This document shows positions 57,010-64,000 of a DNA stretch of 64,000 nucleotides, one piece after another. Origin of the DNA: Camelus ferus (taxonomy: Eukaryota). The stretch is taken from positions 89,096,001 through 89,160,000 of the forward strand of contig NC_045696.1 in assembly GCF_009834535.1 (NCBI RefSeq). Reading direction: 5' to 3'. The position numbers were made by a program, and so were the translations under genes. The notes beneath the pieces were generated by a model. It ran no database searches. It had not been told where the DNA came from and worked only from the letters and a program-made list of their open reading frames with translations. The first letter of the stretch is position 1. Every line of letters begins with the position of its first letter.

Positions 57010-57445
57010 TGTGTCTGAAGAAGAAAAGAGAGTCTAGGATGTCTCCAAAATTTCTGATTTCAGTAACTGGATAGATGGTAGTACGAATATTAGCAGATTT
57101 GGAAGGGATGTTGGATTTGAAATATTTGTGATACGTGATAGATACATGAAGAGATATGTGATAATAGTTGATTATTGGACCTGAAGCTCAAGAAAGATTT
57201 GAACTAGACATGTAGATTTAGGAGTCATCAGCAGATGGATGGTGGTTGAACCAGAGAATGGGTACAATTGCCAGGGAAATTGTGGAGTGGTAAGACATCA
57301 CCTGCATTTATGGGATGGATGAAAAAAGAGAAATCCACTGAAAGATTGGGATAAAGCAGACATACAGGCAGAGAGAGGAGCCAAGAGAGATTTGTGAAGC
57401 TAAGAAAGAAATAAGAAAAGAATTGTAACAAGCAGTGGTCAGTAA
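57010..57445. mobile_element. L2 relic
   Basis: gtaactggatagatggtagtac...gtagatttaggagtcatcagcagatggatgg. Confidence 0.6.
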
Positions 57446-57814
57446 CCTTCCCGGCTAGGTTAGGCCTTGGGACAGATTGCTTTCTGAGACTGAGTGGCAG
57501 GCTGGTCTCCTGTATGACATATTAGGTTTCTCTACTCATTCTTGCAGGTATGTATCTCTCAGTGAACAAGGCTGTAGGGCTTATATACATCTGAAGTTAT
57601 ATGTTATAAAGTTGGCATGTTGATTTTTCCAGGTTCGAAATGTCTTTCATCATCTTTGTCTCTCTCTGGACTCAAAATTAACCCATAAATATTTCAATTA
57701 CAGGCCCCTTACTAGTAATTCCCTTAGATTAGAATTTTTATAGATATCCTTCTCCTTGAACAGAAGTAACAAAAATGGCATATAGTTACTTTTGTCATGG
57801 ACATACTATTTTCT

Positions 57815-58120
57815 CCCTTTATTTAAATTAATTAATTTTGTATTGAAGTATATTTGACTTACAAAATTGAATTAGTTTCAGGTGTACAGCAAAGTGATTC
57901 AGTTATATATATATTCTTTTTCAGATTCTTTTCCATTATAGGTTATTACAAGATATTGAATATAGTTTCCTGTGCTTACAGTAGGTCCTTGTTGTTTATC
58001 TATTTTATATGTAGTAGTGTGTATCTGTTAATCCCAAAAATCCTAATTTATCCCCCTTTTGGTAACCATGGTTTGTTTTCTATGTCTGTGAGTCTATTTC
58101 TGATTTGTAAACATTTGTAT
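57815..58120 (-). mobile_element. L1 3' end
   Basis: ttgaagtatatttgacttac...ttagtttcaggtgtacagcaaagtgattcagttata...ttggtaaccatggtttgttttctatgtctgtgagtc. Confidence 0.85.
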
Positions 58121-59719
58121 CGTAATTCTCTAAAGATAAATCTAATTTATACAGTAATGAGCTATGCTCTTCATACAATTAAGCCACTCTGTTTCTATCT
58201 TTTATTTACACAAATTCATTGTCATTGTTTACCTCTGCAAAGAATCATGAAAGATGTTTTTAGTTCTACGAACATGAATAGGCCATTATCCTTGTCTTCA
58301 ATTTATTCATAATTCATAAATTTTAAACTAGTTTGGAAAGAGACAGTATGAATAATATTTTTTAAACTCTATCTTAAATAACTAACAGAAAACTGTATAT
58401 ATCATTACAGAGCTATGAGTTCCGTAAGAAATAGAGAAGAATAGTGCTTACAGCATATTTTCAACCAATGTTTTTGAGAAAATACGTTGATAAATGTTAG
58501 ACATTGCTATTTATATAGCACTCTGAACACTGTACAATATAACAAACACTTAAACAAATTTTATTTTAAAGAGCTTACAACCAACTTAGGAATTCCATTT
58601 TATTGTCATTAATAATAGTGACGCTACTGTTTATTGAGTGCTTATGACATGTCAGGAATTGGATTAAACAATTTTCATGTATCATCTATTTGGTCATTAC
58701 AACATTTTACAAATGAGGAGGTTGAGGGTTACTCATAAATAAGCAGCAGATAAAAGATTTGAACCTGAGCCTTCCAATATCAGGGGACCTGAATTTCTTA
58801 GTATCACCAAACAATTAAATATGTACTGCTGGTACCACTACTTACACTGTTTTATTGGATTGCTGTTTATCTCTTTCATTATTTATGTTCGTAAATATAT
58901 CATTTTCCCCCTTTCAGACTGTACACTTCTCGAAGGACATCTTATATTATCTATACATAGTAGGTACTTAATATTCATGTTCTTAATCTTCATGCAATAC
59001 TTTTAATCATTTTGCAGTGTACTTCCTCTGCAAACATTGGATGTAGATACATAGTGCGTAAGTGTCCGAGCAGGACAATGAAGCAATTTGCCTCTGATGG
59101 CTTCTACTGATAGCCTGTAATACAGCCGTCTGAACATTTCCTGTATCTCCTTGACCTAAGTGAAAATCACCTCTTTCCAGAGAACATTCCTTCCCTACCA
59201 GTCCTCTCAAATGGAGTCAGTTTATTCTCTCCAACTCTACATTCCTTATGTCTGGATGTGAGTGCAGTTGGTGTCCTTTTTGCCCCCCACATCTTTACTT
59301 CTCTTGTAAAAACCCTGTTCCTTTGAGACTGATGTCATGTGACCATACTTATTCTCTGCTGTTAACTTCAAATCCTCCTTACTATCTTTACATCCTTCTC
59401 TCTGTGCTCTTCTTCCCTTCTCTCCAATTTTCATCAGATGACCTTGCCTTAAGATATTAGCTCTCAGGGAGAGGGAAAAGAAAAGAGGCAAAGAGGATGT
59501 AATGGGGAAAAAGAACAAACACTGGGTGCTCCTCTGTTCCTCCTAGTTACCTGGCATCTCCTTTTCTTGTGCTTCTTGCTTTTCAGTCCAGACTATGATT
59601 CAATGGGTTGGTCAAATGCTGGTAGACTTATACACCTGCTTGATAAGTTGATAAAGGCCGAGGAGCATTGTTCAAGGGTTCAGATTACCATTTACACACT
59701 TAAGACTCCCAGATATGCA

Positions 59720-60200
59720 TCTCTCTTCCCGCTCTGTCCTGCCTGTATTTGCTTCCAGAACCCAGTTATCCACCTGCCTACTCAACATTTTCATTGGATG
59801 TCTTATTTGTTTTGAGTTCAAATTTACATTTATTTTCTCATAAACTTGGTTCTCTTCCAAAGATAATCTATCTTATCTTTTCAGTCTGCCCCAAGCTGGA
59901 GATTTAGGAGTTACTTTTGACATTTTCCTTACCTTCCTTCCCCACAACCCCAATAACTAACCATATTCTCTCCCAGATACCTCTGACACTTGTCTGCTTC
60001 TTCACTCCCAGCCCCCTTGTCTAAGCTGATCCACGTTTTTCTTGGTATAACATCATCACTGATCTCTCTGCATCTACTTTGTCCTTTGCCTATCCATTCT
60101 TCACATGGTAGTCTTAATGATCTTTTCACAATGGAAATCTGATCATATTATTCTCGATCCCTGACTCACTTAAATGAAACCCATAATTTCCCATCACTTT
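59720..60200. mobile_element. L2 relic
   Basis: atccacctgcctactcaacattttcattggatgtct...gatcttttcacaatggaaatctgatcat. Confidence 0.6.
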
Positions 60201-60514
60201 AAGCATAAATATCAAGGACTGGATAAGAAATGACTTAAAATCATCAGCAGATGTGATTATAATTGCTAAAAAACTCTTAAGAAACTCTTATGTATTGTCT
60301 TCATTTATATATTTGACAGATATTTCTGAAACCAGTTGGAATATTTGTTCCTACTGCATATTCATTCATTGAGCAAATATTTATTGAGTGTCTGCCATAC
60401 TTATTTAGATATTACATGGAGATTTCCTTAAAACAACAACAATTACAGTCTTTTAGTGAAATGTCTAGTCATTTTTAATGACTTGTTCAAAAGGGCTGCT
60501 GAATGGGACAAGGA

Positions 60515-60760
60515 CAAATGTGGTGGTTAGGATTAGGGTCCTTGGAATCAGACGTAGGTTTGATTTTTAGTTCTGCACTTACTAACTCTGTGATTTTGGA
60601 TAGGTTACTGAGGCTCTGTAAGCCTTAGTTTCCTTATGTTTAAAATGGTGATAATAACAAAAACCACTTGTTTGTTGTCAGGATTAAGTAAAAGAGTGTG
60701 TGAGAATCTCTTAGCATACTGCCTGCCACATAATAAACCTTCAATAAGTGGTAGATATTG
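60515..60760 (+). mobile_element. MIR SINE
   Basis: tctgcacttactaactctgtgattttggataggttact...ccttagtttccttatgtttaaaatgg...cttagcatactgcctgccaca. Confidence 0.75.
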
Positions 60761-61341
60761 TTCATTCTTTATTTATTGAGTGTCTCTAGTGTGTCAGGTT
60801 TTAGGACATTGAGGAGACAGCAATGAACAAAACCAACAATGTTCTGTGATAACAATTTTGATTCTAAATGATATGGCTAATATAAAAATTAGAGGTAAGA
60901 GGGATGGATATTTGGACCCAATGTAAGAATCAATTTATAACAACATAATTCAAAGAATGGCCTGCTTAGAGAGTAGAATAATCCCTATCTGCAAACATAT
61001 TCAAACATAGAATGAATGATAAAATTATGGGATTGGTTGATTAATTAATTAATAGACTTCTTGCATGCCTATTTGTGTAGATGGTGGTCTTTTAAAAAGA
61101 TCTGATTTTTTTCTCCACGTGTATTTCCCTTTCCTCCTGGGAGTGAGTAAGTAATCATTCTCATAAAGTAAGACTTCCAGAACTGGTTTATATTATCAAA
61201 TAGTGTTTTGGGGTTTTGTTTTTTTGTTTGTTTGTTTTTTCCTGTTTTTTAATTTTGTGTGTCGTGTATATTCCAGGAAAGTCTGGCAGAGCTTGAATTT
61301 GTCTGTGTCTTTTAGCAGCAGGGTAAGCCCACATTTGGTAT

Positions 61342-62115
61342 TGTTGCCAAAACACGGCCTCCGTTCTCCATTTACTGAATTAAGACTCAAGGACAGAGTT
61401 TTGGATGAAGTAGAAAAAGACAGCTTTATTTCTTTGCCAGGCAAAGGAGGTCACAGTGGGCTAATGCTTCTAAGACTGTGAGCCTGCTGGGGAGAGAAGG
61501 CAGGGGGGTTTCATAGTAAAAGTACAGAAGTTCAAGGGGTGGAGCTAGGTTCCATAGAGATGGCATATAGGGTAATAAATTGTTGCAAAGTTGTTCTTAT
61601 TTTTGCAGATGCAGTGGTCCCCTTCCCTCTGCTGGGTATGAAGCTCTCTTCCGGCTTTGGGAATTTTCTAATATCCTTGTGCCTAGAACAAAGGGTGCTT
61701 AGAAAGAGAGTTTGTGGAAAGGTGGTCTAGAGAAAAACTTGTGCAGTTTATAGTCAGGTTGATAAATAATTCTAGCATTTTAGGCAGGCTGAGGCCTGGA
61801 ACCTTCTGCTGTAGGCTGAGAGCTGCACCTTGAACAACAGGATACAAGGAAACCATAAGGGGCTAAAAATAAGTACAAATGTGCAGTTAGGGCAAGTTAT
61901 GAACAACAAGATGCACAAAACACCCAATTGCTATTTCTGAGGTGTCAGGGTCAAGAGGAGGGCACTGAGGTCAAGAGGAAGGCATGGGGAGGGGCAAGAG
62001 GAAGGCATGGGGGGCAAGAGCAGGGCACTGAGCATGATCTGTGCACACAGCACCACAAGGGGGTTGGGCGGACCACCCAAGCCTCCTCATCTCCAGCCTA
62101 ACCCTGGTCAGCAAG
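61342..62115. mobile_element. ERV LTR-derived sequence, apparently two abutting LTR pieces (~61342-61800 antisense, ~61806-62115)
   Basis: tgttgccaaa... start; ctttatt (antisense AATAAAG); GC-richer second part with a ~20-bp tandem repeat. Confidence 0.55.
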
Positions 62116-62599
62116 AGCCTGAGAAAAACCCTTTAAACCATTATACAGTTAAGCAGTTACAAACACCATTACAGATATCAGGTGGTCACCAATGACAATA
62201 GGGTCCTGCTTAGTTATAGTAACTGTGTAGACCACTACACAGATCTGTGTAGATCTGTACTAAATGGTCAATTTTTTGTGTGGGGAGAAGAGAGGGTGGT
62301 GATTAAGCTGTCTGACAATTTGGATTTGTTGAGTTTTGATTACCTTTATCTATCCAGTTCATGAGGGATATATAGGTGTGAATTTTGGAAGAGGTCCTAG
62401 ACATTGAGGGAAAGCTACTGAGGAAATTATCAGCCTTTGGGGTAATTGAGGTCATGAGTATGGCTAAGATTACCTACAGGAATTTAAAGAATGAAAAAGA
62501 AAAGAGGGCAGCAGGCAGATTCTCTTGATAGTCAACACGTTATGGTCTGGTTGAAGAGGAGGATTCAGCAAAAGAGATCAGGTGGGATCAAAAAAGATG

Positions 62600-63270
62600 G
62601 AATTTTAAAAGTATTTATTTATAGAAAATTTCAAACATATACAAAAATAGAACAGTATCCCCATCACTCAGCTTTAACAGTTATCAATTTGTGAATAATC
62701 TCTACTCCCCATGATTTTTTGAAAACAGATGCCAGTGATATCATTTTATCTATGTATCTCACTATGTATCTCAAATTTTTTAAAAATCCAGCTACAATAT
62801 CATGATCACACTTTAAAAAGTTAACAAGTAATTGTATTCAAGGTTCTTAGTTCTCCAATTGTCTCATAAATGCTTTTTTTTGTTTGTTTGAGTCAGGATC
62901 CGAAAAAGATCCATACATTGTGATTGGTTGATACATTGTTAAGTTTCCTTTACTCTGTAGGTTCTCCTAGTTCTTTTTTATGTTTTCTTGCAATTTTGCC
63001 ATTGCTGGAACTGGGCCTGTAAAACTTCTCATAGTCTGGACTTGGTTGATTTCGTCTTTGTGGTGTATTTAACATGTCTCTCTCCCCCCTGAATTAGCTG
63101 TGAATTGGTGTTGAATGTAGAAAATTTAGATTTAGGTTTAATTTTTTTTTCTTTTTGTAAAGGATCTGTCAGAATTGGTGTTATGTATATTTGCATAATA
63201 ACTGGTTGTCTAATTGTCTATCTTTTGTGATGTTAGCAGCCATTGATAGTCATTGCCCATATCCTTTAAT
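62600..63270 (-). mobile_element. Old L1MC-like fragment
   Basis: tatagaaaatttcaaacatatacaaaaatagaacag...gtttgtttgagtcaggatcc; similar to 33735-34330. Confidence 0.65.
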
Positions 63271-63288
63271 CAATTATGGTGATATTCT

Positions 63289-63427
63289 TTTTTTTTTTTT
63301 AACATTTTTTTATTGAGTTATAGTCATTTTACAATGTTGTGTCAAATTCCAGTGTAGAACACAATTTTTCAGTTATACATGAACATACATATATTCATTG
63401 TCACATGTTTTTCACTGTGAGCTACCA
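63289..63427 (-). mobile_element. Young 5'-truncated L1 3' end with an 18-bp TSD
   Basis: TSD caattatggtgatattct at 63271-63288 and 63428-63445; same family as 22511-22654. Confidence 0.9.
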
Positions 63428-64000
63428 CAATTATGGTGATATTCTGATTCTATCCTTCCAGAACTCTAGAAGGATAGAATTTAAATATCAGATGACAAAT
63501 GTGTTAGATTGCTTTATGATCCCTGAATTTCTGTATTCCCCATTTGTTTGAATCCTTTAGAAGGGAACAGATTTTACTTTGTTAATATGTGTTATTCTGT
63601 TTAAGAAGCATAGTCTTGCTGGTTTGTGCTTCTCTCATTTATATTTGAATTTGAAAATTGCCTGCAACCTAATAAGATGCAGCCGTTGAAGAGCTGTAGA
63701 TACACAAGTTGTCTGCTTGACATTCACACTGGACATTTGGTGGTAGTCTTTTTTCAAAAACTAAAGTTAAGAAATGAGAAACTCCAAGCATGCATATTGA
63801 TCCTTTATGTAAATATTAATAAAAATAGTTTCTCTACTTATACCAGTTATATAAAGTGATTTTGTTTCATTCAAGTTATGCAAAAAATTATACTTTGAAG
63901 TTATAACATCTTTTTATATAACTTCCTTCTATTTAAAATCAGAGAGGATACATGGATTTTTTCCAGCCCCATAATCTAATGTTACATTTGTTTGCTTGCC

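Noticed and set aside
57854..58312. Longest ORF in the track (152 aa)
   Set aside because: Antisense reading of an L1 3'UTR with a non-ATG start.
63003..63025. gctggaactgggcctgtaaaa, resembling the start of IFT80 exon 19 (ALELAVK)
   Set aside because: No acceptor, the frame breaks, and it lies within an old L1; exon 19 is not in the window.

Overview
Mammalian genomic DNA, AT-rich and repeat-rich. The tRNA-derived SINEs resemble the camelid vic-1 family, so a camel, alpaca or llama is likely; this is inferred from remembered repeat sequence. The window lies entirely inside IFT80 (intraflagellar transport 80, an IFT-B WD40/solenoid protein) on the + strand. Fifteen consecutive GT-AG coding exons (human-numbered 4-18, 1840 nt) splice into one uninterrupted frame, from ...[10 protein letters not shown]... 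to ...NLYNWE(R). The start and stop exons lie outside the window. Introns carry L1, L2, MIR, SINE, MaLR/ERV LTR, Tigger1 and hAT relics. Family names were assigned from memory, not by a search. Three signals are not explained by the gene model: (1) a non-repetitive intron-5 island (~10.77-11.40 kb) with RFX X-boxes, three CCAAT boxes, ETS, forkhead, TATA-like and CRE-like motifs, ending in an ATG-bearing segment that splices in frame to exon 6, a candidate internal promoter for an N-terminally truncated IFT80; (2) a TSD-flanked poly(A)-tail-only insertion that has created a recursive-splice-site motif 104 nt upstream of exon 9; (3) a cluster of apparently non-conservative substitutions in that same exon 9. 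No prokaryotic features such as CRISPR or operons are present, and most listed ORFs are incidental.
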